DNA from: Candidatus Bathyarchaeota archaeon
GTDB lineage: Archaea > Thermoproteota > CALKCG01 > B24
Assembly (NCBI GenBank): GCA_018396755.1
Contig: JAGTQM010000009.1
Coordinates: 6,775 to 70,774 of the forward strand
Direction: 5' to 3'
DNA length: 64,000 nt
Made by a program: the position numbers and the translations under genes. The notes below the pieces were generated by a model. It saw only the letters and a list, made by a program, of their open reading frames with translations, was not told the origin of the DNA and did not search any database. Below are positions 25,468 to 35,721 of this stretch, in pieces (the stretch's first letter is position 1; every line of letters begins with the position of its first letter).

Positions 25468-26643
25468 CCGTTCTGAGCCAGCGTTAACTTCCGTAACCGC
25501 TGGCTCTTCCCCCTTCGTGTCATGGGGAGGCTTTCGCCCTGAACGGTTGAAGAGGGCACATCTATCTGCCTTCTGGAGGAGGTTTATTACTGCTATCTTG
25601 TCTCTGTCCTCCTCCAGCCCGCATCTTGGGCACCTCATCATCCTATGCCCGCTTGGGCTTAGCTTGACCCTGCATTTTGGGCATAGGCTCGACGTGCCCT
25701 TAGCACTAACGGGCTTAACGGTTAGACCTGCCAGCTCAGCCTTATACTCGATTATGGCTTGAAGTCTTCTGAAGCCCCACCTATTTAATCTACCGTTAAG
25801 CTCCTTCGACCTCTTCCTACGCCTAATGTTCTTCAGGTTTTCCAGGATTATCGTCGAGCAGCCCTGCCTCTTAGCCTCTTCGATGACCTCTTTCGCCAGC
25901 TCATGGTATACTGCTTCAACCCTTCTACGCTCCCTGCCCCGGTACTTCGCCATCAGCGGCTTCTCGTTCAGCCTCAGCTTGGACTGGAGCCTCCTACGCT
26001 TAAGGAAGTACGCTGTCCTGATCGCCCTCTCCCCCGTCTCTCTTTTAACCATCTTTTCCTTGGAGCCGAAGGTGACGTTGTCCTCGTTGATGTCCACCGC
26101 TATGGCTTTCCCGTTCGGCTCAGCAACCTCAACAACCCTGCTGAAGACAACCTTTAAGTAGTAGTTGCAACCTCTTTTCACAAGCCATGCCTGACCAACC
26201 CTCATAACCTTGAACTTCTCATGGTATGTTCCATGGCATAGTGAGACACCGATCCTCCCACTATCCGTGGCTATTGAAGACCTCCAGCTTTCAAGGTCTA
26301 CGCTGAATAGGTGGTCGTCGAGCATAACAACGTTCCCCTTGAAGATGGGCTTATCAGCCTTAGCCAAGCCCCTCCTCCTCAGCTTTCTGAAGCTCTTATA
26401 GATTGAGCAGGCCATTTGGCAGGCCGTGTAGATGTAGTGGGACGGTAAGCTTGAGTATCGACTTCTCATGTCGTTGTATTTCTCGGATTTGAGGCGTTTG
26501 AAGCTTGTTATTCCAGTTTTACACGTATAGTCGAGCAACTCGTTCAAAATTTCCTTGTAGGTTGAGAATAACGGCTCCAGATCTAAACGTTCAGCAACCT
26601 TAAAGCCTGCTGTGAGCTTAACAGTCTCTAATCGCCTGCTCAA
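25465..26643 (-). CDS. tnpB: RNA-guided nuclease TnpB
   Basis: AVDIN, ILENL, CPKC..CPRC, DRD RuvC motifs; likely TTG start at 26643 after GGTGG (track start 26712); stop codon lies in host DNA. Confidence 0.9.
   Translation of the reverse strand: MSRRLETVKLTAGFKVAERLDLEPLFSTYKEILNELLDYTCKTGITSFKRLKSEKYNDMRSRYSSLPSHYIYTACQMACSIYKSFRKLRRRGLAKADKPIFKGNVVMLDDHLFSVDLESWRSSIATDSGRIGVSLCHGTYHEKFKVMRVGQAWLVKRGCNYYLKVVFSRVVEVAEPNGKAIAVDINEDNVTFGSKEKMVKRETGERAIRTAYFLKRRRLQSKLRLNEKPLMAKYRGRERRRVEAVYHELAKEVIEEAKRQGCSTIILENLKNIRRRKRSKELNGRLNRWGFRRLQAIIEYKAELAGLTVKPVSAKGTSSLCPKCRVKLSPSGHRMMRCPRCGLEEDRDKIAVINLLQKADRCALFNRSGRKPPHDTKGEEPAVTEVNAGSER
25468..25560 (-). ncRNA. putative omega-RNA scaffold 3' region at the IS right end
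   Basis: stacked hairpins including 9-bp GAGCCAGCG/CGCTGGCTC (25475-25506) next to the element end; 5' boundary unknown. Confidence 0.55.
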
Positions 26644-27241
26644 CCGCTTCCACCACCCTCCTCCTCTTATGGCTTCTTGCTCCGTAGATTCTTCCTGTAA
26701 AGCTTGTGACAACGGCTATCAAGTCTTCCACAAGCTCTTTTTGAGGCTCTTTAGCCTCCTCAGCATCCAAAGACTCTATCCTGCATTCCTGAGAGTTGAA
26801 GAAGGCCTCCAAATACTTGAAGCCAAACCTCGTAAGCCTATCCTTGTAAGTTATGAATACTACTTCAACCTCTCTCTGCGGGATCATCTCGAAGAGTTTA
26901 GCTAACCCTTTCCTGTTCTCGTTCAACCCTGAAGCTATGTCCTCGATTACTAATATGTCTGTATATCCTCTGCTTCTGGCGTAGTCTAAAAGCCTCTGTT
27001 TTTGCCTCTCCAAGTCCTCTTTCTGGTCTGCAGAGCTGACACGAGCATAAACAACCGCTTTCCCTTTAGGCATAGCCTCTCCAAGCAACTTCTTGACCTC
27101 GCTCTCAGGATACCTATACTTTCCACCAGGTGTTTTGATAAACTTGATCTTCCCCGAGTAAGCCCACTTCTTCACAGCAGTATAGGAAACACCGAAGACC
27201 CTGGCAACCTCGCCAGTGGTGTAGAGCCTCTCAACCATCAA
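26618..27241 (-). CDS. tnpA: IS607 TnpA serine recombinase
   Basis: N-terminal MerR-like HTH, YARVSS, EDIASG, DRLTRFG, RIYG. Confidence 0.95.
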   Translation of the reverse strand: MMVERLYTTGEVARVFGVSYTAVKKWAYSGKIKFIKTPGGKYRYPESEVKKLLGEAMPKGKAVVYARVSSADQKEDLERQKQRLLDYARSRGYTDILVIEDIASGLNENRKGLAKLFEMIPQREVEVVFITYKDRLTRFGFKYLEAFFNSQECRIESLDAEEAKEPQKELVEDLIAVVTSFTGRIYGARSHKRRRVVEAVEQAIRDC

Positions 27242-27308
27242 GGGCCTCCAGTAATTATTAAAGTTATTCTAGTTTATAAACTTACGCTAAGTGGAAGCAG
27301 TTTCAAAA

Positions 27309-28153
27309 CCCCATAGATTTCTGGCCTCTCTGACGGAGAGGTCGCCCATAGGCGGAGGTGTAAAGGCTTCTACGACGTTTATGCCTGAGCTTGGTATTAG
27401 ATGTTTCAAACAGTTGAGTTTCCCATCCATATGGACTATTAATATTTTACCGTTCTTCTCGAATAACTTAGACATACGCTTGTAAACGGGGAGGTGGTAC
27501 TTTTCGAAGACTTTAGACCCTAAAACTATGCCGTTCACGTTATCTCCGCACCATGCGAGTTCTACAGAAGAATCTGAGGCAATTTCACAAATTGATTCAG
27601 CCCTATTAGCGAGTATTTCGTAAAGCTCGTCTAAAAGCTCTCGGTTTCTATAGAGGTCTATTGAAAGCCTCCTATAACCCATAAGCTCTATAAGCATCTT
27701 CTGCATCGGCGTTCTATCCACCCAAGCCCAGAATATACGGTCATCTTTAAACCGTTCAATCTGCTTGAATACGTCTTCCTCTCGGACTGGCGTAATAACT
27801 GCGTTTTTAAAAATGTAGTTTACCACTCTATAGTCTTCAGGCTTTTTAATCGGATATTCAACTGTCCAAGAATCTCCCGTCCCAGGCTTAAGGTTGACCT
27901 TATGCTTCGCGTATACGGATCCAACTGGCGTATCGTAGAATATGTATACGTAGTCTCCTTCAACAACCCGTCTAATCCTCACATTCAACCATTTCTCATG
28001 AAAAACTGAAATACTAGTTATAGGGGTTAAACCCATCCTCCTAAGGTCGTTCCAAAGCTCACCTCTAGGTATAAGGATATCATAGACTGTGAACGGTATC
28101 CTATCTACAGACTCTCCTTTTAAAGCAGCTAAGACCCTGCTTCTAGAATTCAT
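27309..28153 (-). pseudogene. 5' part of the URO-D/MtaA-family gene interrupted by IS607
   Basis: DRIPF, CGDN, HMDG, EAFTPPPMGD; frame runs into the IS end. Confidence 0.8.
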
Positions 28154-28300
28154 ACAGTTCAGATGGAAGAAAAGCGGCGACTAGAATATAACTGTTTTTA
28201 TGTTTAAAAACCTCAAGCGTGGGAATCCCAGTTGGTATCTGAATTGTTCACAACTCCCAAAGTAAGGTTAAATAGTTGTTTTAACGAACTTTAGAAGGTT

Positions 28301-29074
28301 ATGCAGGAAGTGATTTTATTCATTTTAAGCTTTATAATTTCAACAGTTGCGTCGATCGTCGGTTTAGGTGGTGGAGTATTTTACGTACCTCTACTTGTTC
28401 TCGGTTTTGGTATGGAAACTCAAAAAGCCGTTTCTACAAGCCTACTGGCGATGAGTTTTACAACTGTCTCTGCAACTCTAGCCTATGCTAAGCAGAGGAG
28501 GATCAACTATAAAGTGGGCGTATTGTTGGATTTACTCGACGTGCCCGGTAGCATGGTTGGAGTATACTTAACAACTATAGTAGACTCGAAGACTTTAGCC
28601 TGCTTATTTGGCGCCTTCCTCTTAATAATCTCCTTCCAGTTGTTTAGAAAAGTGGGAAAACTGGGAGAAGTCTTAGAGATGGAAACTAAGACAGGTAAAT
28701 TAACTGTTAAAATAGTCTATCTAGCTTTATTTGCAAGCTTTACAAGTGGGGTTGTAGCTGGAATGCTTGGAGCTGGTGGAGGAACAGTAGATGAAACAAT
28801 AATGGTTCTCGGCATGGGTATGCCTGTTAAAGTAGCAGCTGCCACATCAGTCTTTGGAATGGCTTTAACAAACACGGCCGCGGTGATTCTACACTTTCAA
28901 GTTGGCAATATAGTGCCATTAAATTACGCAATACCAATAGTCGCTGGAGGCTTATGCGGTTCTCAATTGGGGCCGAGAATCTCAAGAAAACTGGAGGAGG
29001 AAATTCTGAGGAAAATACTTGCAACAGTATTCGTATTAATTGCTTTAAGAATGATAGCGGTTCCTTTTATTTAA
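28301..29074 (+). CDS. TauE/SafE-family sulfite exporter
   Basis: two repeats GLGGG..VP..AVSTSL and GAGGG..AAATS; multiple TM helices. Confidence 0.85.
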   Translation: MQEVILFILSFIISTVASIVGLGGGVFYVPLLVLGFGMETQKAVSTSLLAMSFTTVSATLAYAKQRRINYKVGVLLDLLDVPGSMVGVYLTTIVDSKTLACLFGAFLLIISFQLFRKVGKLGEVLEMETKTGKLTVKIVYLALFASFTSGVVAGMLGAGGGTVDETIMVLGMGMPVKVAAATSVFGMALTNTAAVILHFQVGNIVPLNYAIPIVAGGLCGSQLGPRISRKLEEEILRKILATVFVLIALRMIAVPFI

Positions 29075-29166
29075 ATCTACTAGTGAAGAGGAATTACGTG
29101 GATTTGAACCGAGGGCAAACGTTGGCATTAGCGTTTGTCAAACTATACCCGTTTAGTGTCAAAAGT

Positions 29167-30438
29167 TCATGTTTTCCTGACTTTAACGTTTAAGCTATGG
29201 ACTGAGCAACTTATGCAAGGGTCATAGGCTCTAATGAGCATTGAGCATCTGTGGGCTATTTCCTCTTTTGATAACTCGGCTATTGTCGGCACATATGCTC
29301 TTAAGTCGTCTTCGATTCTTCTGGCATTTTGACAAGTTGGAGGCGATATGTCGGCTGCTTTAACAACCCCATTATTGTCTATGCTGTACCAGTGGTAGTT
29401 TATCCCTCTAGGAGCTTCTGTTATTGCAGCGGCATTTCCTCCTCTTACTTTAAATGAGACTCTAACCTCTCCCTCGTTGTACAAGTCTATAAGTTCAATT
29501 GCTTCATCTATTAGACTTATCATTTCGATGACTCTAGCTACATTCGCTACGAATGGGTTGCAGGATGGGAATTTAAAGCCACTAGTCTCAGCGGCATTCT
29601 GAGCATCCTCGTTAAGCTGGTGGAAGTTTAAGTTAACTCTTGACAATGGGCCGACCATATAGGATAGTCTACCTTTAACCTTTGAGTGTTTAGCCGTAGA
29701 ATGTGGCACCTGCTCTTCCTCAATAAACTTCCTAAATTCATCTTCAGATATGTCCAACCCTTTATTAGACTTGACTCTCCCCTCGTTTATAGCATATTCA
29801 TCAGAATTCGATAGAGCTATCTTCTCAGAGTCTGCTTCAAAACTCGGAAGGCTTTCTGATGAGAAAAACTGTATAGATTCCATCGCCGTCTTTTTCGCAT
29901 CTTTAAGGTCGTCTACTAAAGCATTAAGCTTCTCTTTTGGAGGAGCGTACGTAAAACCACCGACAACTATGGTTACTGGATGCACTGCTCGACCTCCAAC
30001 GATTTCTACAATCTTATCCCCTAGACCTTTAAGCTTTAAAGCCTTCACTAGAAGCTTAGGGTCTATCGAGAAGGAGTTCGGCAGTTTTAAAACGTCTGGA
30101 AGCGCCAATAGATATACGTGCAATGCGTGGCTACTTATAATCCCACCAATGGCTATGAGCCTTCTTAAAAGCTTTATACGGTCGTTAACTTCTACACCTA
30201 GAATCTTTTCAATAGCCCTCACCGGGGTTATTTGATGGGTTACGTAGCATATACCGCAGATTCTAGAGGCTATTTCAGCAATCTCATCAAATCTCCTACC
30301 GACCATAAACGCCTCGAAAAACCTCGGCTCCTCATATATCCTTAATTTTAAGTCTCTGACCTCGCCGTCTTTAATAGTTAAATCCAGCCCACCCTTACCC
30401 TCGACTCTAGTCAAATAGTCGATATTAACGTTTTTCAA
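29167..30438 (-). CDS. hydA: group 3b NiFe hydrogenase large subunit
   Basis: TRVEG, RICGICY, EAPRG, DPCISCSVH with C-terminal extension. Confidence 0.92.
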   Translation of the reverse strand: MKNVNIDYLTRVEGKGGLDLTIKDGEVRDLKLRIYEEPRFFEAFMVGRRFDEIAEIASRICGICYVTHQITPVRAIEKILGVEVNDRIKLLRRLIAIGGIISSHALHVYLLALPDVLKLPNSFSIDPKLLVKALKLKGLGDKIVEIVGGRAVHPVTIVVGGFTYAPPKEKLNALVDDLKDAKKTAMESIQFFSSESLPSFEADSEKIALSNSDEYAINEGRVKSNKGLDISEDEFRKFIEEEQVPHSTAKHSKVKGRLSYMVGPLSRVNLNFHQLNEDAQNAAETSGFKFPSCNPFVANVARVIEMISLIDEAIELIDLYNEGEVRVSFKVRGGNAAAITEAPRGINYHWYSIDNNGVVKAADISPPTCQNARRIEDDLRAYVPTIAELSKEEIAHRCSMLIRAYDPCISCSVHSLNVKVRKT

Positions 30439-31199
30439 AGTCTAGCCACCTCCCTATAGTATTCGGATGTACCAGCATACTTCCTAAACTTCCTCATAAT
30501 GTCTTCGTCTGTTAACCCGATTTCACGAAGTCTTTCAACCATAGATTTAACATTAGGATTGCTCATCGGTCCATAGCAGCCTTCACAAGTTCTTCCCACA
30601 TTTGGACAGATGGCCCCACAGCCAGCCGCTGTAACAGGACCCATACAGGCCTGCTTGTAAGTCGTTAAAAGGCACTCGTTTTCGTAAAACTTACATTCAA
30701 TGCAGACTGGATGTTGCCTTAACCTGGGTCTGATGTTTAGAATAGCGGCTTTGAGAGCTTCAAGCATATCGTCGAGATGCGGTGGACAACCCTTGAGATA
30801 TACATCCACTTTAACGTACTCGTCTATACTGGATACCTTCATAGACTTTAAATGCTCGGGCTTTGGGTAGACTAAGTCCTCAGCCTCACGCTGCTTCATC
30901 CAGTTTCTTATTGATGGGATTCCTCCAAAAACAGCACAATCACCAATGGCTATGAGAAGTTTAGAATTTCTCCGGATTGTTTTAATTTCCTCTATGCCCT
31001 CAGGCGTAGATATCCCACCTTCTACAATGGCTATATCATATGGGCCTTGTTGTACGTTAGAACTGGCCATAGTCCAGTTTTGAAAATCCATGAGATTGAG
31101 CAGCCCTGGAAGGTTTTCGTTAATTCTTAAGAGCTCTATTTGACAGCCTGAGCAACTTGTAAATTTAAATACGCCTATTTTAAGCTTCAAAGCCATCAC
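30435..31199 (-). CDS. hydD: group 3b hydrogenase small (delta) subunit
   Basis: CSGC, GDCA, GCPP, CIEC, CEGCYG. Confidence 0.9.
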   Translation of the reverse strand: MMALKLKIGVFKFTSCSGCQIELLRINENLPGLLNLMDFQNWTMASSNVQQGPYDIAIVEGGISTPEGIEEIKTIRRNSKLLIAIGDCAVFGGIPSIRNWMKQREAEDLVYPKPEHLKSMKVSSIDEYVKVDVYLKGCPPHLDDMLEALKAAILNIRPRLRQHPVCIECKFYENECLLTTYKQACMGPVTAAGCGAICPNVGRTCEGCYGPMSNPNVKSMVERLREIGLTDEDIMRKFRKYAGTSEYYREVARL

Positions 31200-31202
31200 C
31201 TA

Positions 31203-32036
31203 TTAAAGTATTTTATCAGGCTCATGAATTAAATCAGAATGCGTGAAAACTGGTCCGTCTTTACAGACGTACTTACTGCCTATTTGGCAATGCCCACACT
31301 TTCCTATGCCGCACTTCATTCTCCTCTCCATGGATAGATATATCTGGTCGCTTTTAAAGCCCATGGATAATAAACCTCTAACAGCAAAATGCATCATAAT
31401 CTCCGGTCCACATATTAAGGCTAAACTGTTTTCAGGTTTAATGAGTGTTTTCCCGAAAAGCGTTGTCACTACTCCGAGATTATACTTCCATTCAACACTA
31501 GTTGGAATACTATCTACTGTTAATAGTAGGCAACCATCTGGTACACGAGCCCATATATCATGTTCATATTTAAACATCAGATCCTGAGGGGTTCTAGCTC
31601 CATAGAGTATTTCAACTCTACCATAACAGTCTCTATGTCTCAACACATCTAAAATCAACGGTCTTAAAGCTCCCTGACCGCAGCCTCCACCTACAATTAA
31701 AAGGTTTTTACCTGAGGCTTCATCCATAGGCCATCCATTGCCGAACGGCCCTCTAATGCCAATAGTAGAACCCGGTTTGAGCTTGAAGATGCTCCCTGTA
31801 ACATTGCCTACCTTCCTAATAGAAAGCTCCACGAATTTATCTGCATCTTCAGGGTGCGAAGATATGCTTATAGCAGACTCTCCAACTCCAAGCATTGAAA
31901 CCATGACGAACTGACCAGGATTGAAATTGAAGCTACCGTCTTTAAATTTAATCCTGAACGTTTTTATATCCGGTGTTTCATCTCGAATAGATTCTATTAT
32001 CGCTTTCCTAGGTATATATGGATTCGACACAATCAA
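31203..32036 (-). CDS. hydG: group 3b hydrogenase gamma (FAD/NAD(P)) subunit
   Basis: PGQF, RGPFGNG, CGPEIM, ERRMKCGIGKCGHC, CKDGPVF. Confidence 0.9.
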   Translation of the reverse strand: MIVSNPYIPRKAIIESIRDETPDIKTFRIKFKDGSFNFNPGQFVMVSMLGVGESAISISSHPEDADKFVELSIRKVGNVTGSIFKLKPGSTIGIRGPFGNGWPMDEASGKNLLIVGGGCGQGALRPLILDVLRHRDCYGRVEILYGARTPQDLMFKYEHDIWARVPDGCLLLTVDSIPTSVEWKYNLGVVTTLFGKTLIKPENSLALICGPEIMMHFAVRGLLSMGFKSDQIYLSMERRMKCGIGKCGHCQIGSKYVCKDGPVFTHSDLIHEPDKIL

Positions 32037-33061
32037 CCCCCCTTTAACACATGGGCAATCTCTGTTAAGTCTATATTAGCCGGACAGTAAACTATGCATC
32101 TTCCACATCCTATACAGCTGGTGTACGTAGAGCCGCCAGCCGCTCCAAACTTACACAGTAGCCAGTGACGTAATCGTTGGCTCCTCTCTTTTCTAAAGTT
32201 ACCGCCGAGTGCCACTTCCGCATATTCTAAAAGTTGACATGAATCAAGCTCCATAATTCTAACACCTTCTTTAAGTGTTAAATCAAGAGAATCATACAGG
32301 TCAAAACAATAACATACTGGACAGACCATGCTGCAATTCCCACACGATAGACATCTTTCAGCTGTTTCTACCCAAATTTTGTGATCCAGCTTATCTTTAG
32401 CTAGCGTTGCCAATCCTTCAAAGTCTGCCGTCTTAGTAAAGCTACTTTTAAGATGCTCTATATGTTTTCTTTTAGCTTCAAAATGTTCAGGTTTAGCCTC
32501 CGCTAAATCTAACGTTTTTAGAATATCTAACCCCTTCGAGCTACCTACTTCAACTAGGAAAAATCCATCACTAATTTGAGTAATCAATATGTCAAAACCT
32601 GTAGAGGCTTCAGGTCCAGTACCAAGTGAATTGCAAAAGCATTTTTCATCAACGGCATTGCACGTCAGACCAACTATCAATGTCCTCTTTCTCCTAGCTT
32701 CATAGCATACATCCTCAGGATGTTGACTGAAGAATTCATCTAGCTTTTCAATCGCTCTTAAATCACAGGGATGAATACCAAATATAACGATGTTCTTAAC
32801 ATTGCAAGATTCAAAAACTTCAAAACCATCATTAAGTTTAAAATCGAAGATACGGTTTTTAACCGGGTGAAGCAGCTTTTTAGGCGGTAGAATTGTTCGA
32901 GTATAGTTTAAGTCTAATTCTCGAATTGAGCTGACTTTTGAGAAGACCCAGCTTTTCCCTTTCACAATAGGTCCGTAAACTGTATAACCGTGTTTTGTGA
33001 ATTCGTCAAGCAACCTTTGTAAATCATTAAGCTCTGCTACGAATGCACCAGCTTCGCCCAT
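32033..33061 (-). CDS. hydB: group 3b hydrogenase beta (Fe-S) subunit
   Basis: PPKK, HPCD, CLSCGNCSMVCPVCYC, CIGCGRCIVYCP. Confidence 0.9.
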   Translation of the reverse strand: MGEAGAFVAELNDLQRLLDEFTKHGYTVYGPIVKGKSWVFSKVSSIRELDLNYTRTILPPKKLLHPVKNRIFDFKLNDGFEVFESCNVKNIVIFGIHPCDLRAIEKLDEFFSQHPEDVCYEARRKRTLIVGLTCNAVDEKCFCNSLGTGPEASTGFDILITQISDGFFLVEVGSSKGLDILKTLDLAEAKPEHFEAKRKHIEHLKSSFTKTADFEGLATLAKDKLDHKIWVETAERCLSCGNCSMVCPVCYCFDLYDSLDLTLKEGVRIMELDSCQLLEYAEVALGGNFRKERSQRLRHWLLCKFGAAGGSTYTSCIGCGRCIVYCPANIDLTEIAHVLKGG

Positions 33062-33184
33062 GAAGCTACACCTAAAACTCCATATTTAGAAGAGAACACC
33101 CCTATATATTTTTCGACTTGAATATGTGCCACTTACATATGAAAAAGCTTATTATACTCCCCTCCCTAGTATAAACGGAAACCT

Positions 33185-33358
33185 ATGAGTAAGAAGCGTA
33201 AGAGAGAGACACCTATGCCAGCCACTACGGCTGGATTATTGAGGTTTTTCGATGAGGAAGGGGAAGGGTTAAAGCTCAGACCGGAGATAGTAGTGATAAT
33301 CGCTACGGCTTTAATAGTATCCGTTATAATTGCACATGTAGGTTTTAGAATAATGTGA
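33185..33358 (+). CDS. secG: preprotein translocase subunit Sec61beta (57 aa; not in the ORF track)
   Basis: MSKKRK..AGLLRFFDEE..LKLRPEIVV followed by a TM helix. Confidence 0.85.
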   Translation: MSKKRKRETPMPATTAGLLRFFDEEGEGLKLRPEIVVIIATALIVSVIIAHVGFRIM

Positions 33359-33439
33359 GCTAAGGCGAAGCTGTATACTTTACAGTTTCAATTCTATATA
33401 TGGAAGTCGTTGATAGCAATCTTTTAGAAATATGGCGCC

Positions 33440-33468
33440 GAAGCCTCTCACTTTAGCCGGGGAGAGGG
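33440..33468 (+). other. hairpin between convergent genes; resembles an IS200/605 right-end relic
   Basis: GAAGCCTCTC-ACTTTAGCCGGG-GAGAGG with CCTCTC/GAGAGG stem. Confidence 0.35.
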
Positions 33469-35205
33469 TTAAAAGATAACTATAAGCATAGAGATTATAA
33501 GGAGGGGTATCATAATATTGAAAGCAAGACGTTTTGCTTTTTTAGTAGATTCCTCTAGTGACTTAGTGAGTTTAGACAATCCATCTCCAAGCACTTTTAA
33601 ATCACGCACCGTTGTTTCTCCGTAATATGCAGATGCCCATTCAAGTCTGCTATACGCTTCTTTAAACGCATCTAAAACTGCTTGTATGATAGATTTTTCA
33701 TCTATGGCTTCGCCGATTGGATGATACCCTCTATCAAGGACGACGGCATTAACCATATGTGTATCCGTCGTAAAAACCTCAGCCTCCGAAACACCCATCT
33801 CTTTCAAGTTTTGAATTATTTTCTCTCTAAGCCCTGAAACCATGTTGTTACCGTCAACTGTCACATATGCGTAGAGAGAATTCTCTACCATGAATAAGTG
33901 TAAAACTATTCCACCTGGTCCAATACCATCTTTAACATCATATCCATGCATGTGTTTCTTGGAGAAGCCTATTTTAAACCTATTAAACTCCGCCTTAGAA
34001 GCCATGCATAGAGCCGTTTTACCAGCTTCAATTAAAGCCTGCAAAGTTTCATCGCTCATAGAGTGTATATCCCATGAGAAGCTATTGTGGGCATCTACTA
34101 CCATGACCGATTCAAAGCCTAGAAACCTACCGTAATCTTTAAGTATTGTTTTGACTTTCGGTGGAATATCTTCCATAGGATTCGGAGCAAGCGTTAATAC
34201 CAGGAAAGCCGTTCTGTCAAACGATTGACAGATTGCCTGTGCATCTCCATGGTAAACTCTAATGGGTTTAGACGCTTCAGATATGTTAAATTCAAGCTTT
34301 AGAGAACTTAGCGCATCTAAAATTTTGGAAATGTATTTTTTCGAAGTCAGGTTGTAAATATGTGTCGATATACCGTGGGGGACAGCCACAGCCTCACATT
34401 TAAACTCCTTTTCAGTGAAGACCTGAATACTCCATGGTAGGAGGCTACTGCCGACGTTTTTAAAGGGTCCCGGGTGAATATATGGGACTATTACTGCCGT
34501 TCTACGGTTTGAAGTTTTAAAGATGAGAAGATCTATTGAATGTTCACTTTCAACCCCCAATTCTTCCAAGACATTTTCAATCGGACCGTCTAAGTTTTCC
34601 ATCCAATTCGCCAAGAAAGCTCTGAAAAGCATTAGACCGCTGAAACCAATTATAGGCCTAACTTCTCTATCGACTAGGCTAAGATACATGTGAGTTGTTA
34701 GAAGCACTACTAATAACGCTGTTAGAATATTCGAGTATAAAGTTAAATCGTAGACATACGTCAACATCAATACACACGATAAAGGTTGAATTATGAAAAG
34801 AGGTAGAGAGGTTTTTTTAAATGCTAGAACTCTAAAAACCATAAATCTTAAAGCTACTGATAATGGGAAACCCATCAGCAGAATCCTATCCATAGGGACT
34901 CCTAGATATTTCAATGGAGTGAAGATTAGACTTACTAAGACAACTGTTACATTTGAAAACAGAGTTAAACCGGACAGTCTCCTAAAGTTTAGGAGCGGTT
35001 CAGATCTGCATATGAGACGCGTTATCAAGTCTGAAAGCAGCGGTATTACTGTAAATATTAGAATACCATTTAAAATCGATTCAAGAGTTAAACCTCTCAT
35101 ATATAAGCTGAATATTAAGCTTAAAATCGCGTGTTCAATTAAAATCATAGTTAGGCTTGGAATTTTAAAGAGACGCCTATAGTACTTTACAACGTCTAGT
35201 CCCAT
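33469..35205 (-). CDS. DUF2070-family membrane protein
   Basis: N-terminal TMs, HPGPF, PHG..TH, DAHN, DGNNM, TTDTH. Confidence 0.85.
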   Translation of the reverse strand: MGLDVVKYYRRLFKIPSLTMILIEHAILSLIFSLYMRGLTLESILNGILIFTVIPLLSDLITRLICRSEPLLNFRRLSGLTLFSNVTVVLVSLIFTPLKYLGVPMDRILLMGFPLSVALRFMVFRVLAFKKTSLPLFIIQPLSCVLMLTYVYDLTLYSNILTALLVVLLTTHMYLSLVDREVRPIIGFSGLMLFRAFLANWMENLDGPIENVLEELGVESEHSIDLLIFKTSNRRTAVIVPYIHPGPFKNVGSSLLPWSIQVFTEKEFKCEAVAVPHGISTHIYNLTSKKYISKILDALSSLKLEFNISEASKPIRVYHGDAQAICQSFDRTAFLVLTLAPNPMEDIPPKVKTILKDYGRFLGFESVMVVDAHNSFSWDIHSMSDETLQALIEAGKTALCMASKAEFNRFKIGFSKKHMHGYDVKDGIGPGGIVLHLFMVENSLYAYVTVDGNNMVSGLREKIIQNLKEMGVSEAEVFTTDTHMVNAVVLDRGYHPIGEAIDEKSIIQAVLDAFKEAYSRLEWASAYYGETTVRDLKVLGDGLSKLTKSLEESTKKAKRLAFNIMIPLLIISMLIVIF

Positions 35206-35457
35206 AATATCCTCTTTGCAAGAAGATAATGTGGATATAATTTATAAAATTTCCCCGGATAAACTTTAACGATTAATTGTTAATGCAGTAACGGTTGTAT
35301 TAGTCACCAATACGAAAAGCCAGCATCATGTCTAAGCATCACAGTAAGCTTTGAATATTAACGTCTTCAAAGCGAGTACCCTAGTTTTCAATCACAGATT
35401 AAGTAGGTGGGTATATAAGTATGCATATATACAAGCATTTCACCTTTTCTCGATCAT

Positions 35458-35607
35458 ATGTCAAAGACAAAAGTAACAAGCAAATTCCAAGCCGCTATCC
35501 CTAAAGAAGTTCGTGAAAAAAATGGGATTAAGCCTGGGAAATCGTTATTGTTAGATTGGCGCCGTCAACTTACAATCGTATTTTGTAGGGTTCATCATAT
35601 TCGGTAG
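35458..35607 (+). pseudogene. AbrB/MazE antitoxin remnant
   Basis: MSKTKVTSKFQAAIPKEVREKNGIKPG, then similarity is lost. Confidence 0.55.
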
Positions 35608-35721
35608 TTATGAAGAAGACTAATATTAAATTAATTAATGAAATTATTTCCACGGATAGAGAGTTTGATAAAATAACTTGGATAAGAAGATTAGACCCGA
35701 AAATCTCTTGATTACCGCAGT

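Larger units (their letters stand above)
25468..27308 (-). mobile_element. IS607-family insertion sequence (~1.84 kb) inserted at a GG core
   Basis: serine recombinase + TnpB; removal restores TGG GG|T GAA GGT (W-G-E-G); GC-richer than the flanks. Confidence 0.9.

Noticed and set aside
26324-26336. ATAACAACGTTCC in tnpB (and AAAACAGCGTTAA at 56666 in cooC)
   Set aside because: Two mismatches each, both within coding sequence.
34713-34725. Near-consensus operator ATAACGCTGTTAG
   Set aside because: Lies deep inside the DUF2070 CDS with no promoter context; treated as a background hit, which shows chance matches occur.
1812-35565. TGGCGCCG recurring near 1813, 33433 and 35557 (reverse complement resembles a tRNA 3' end)
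   Set aside because: Only 8 bp with no extended similarity; cannot support an att site.
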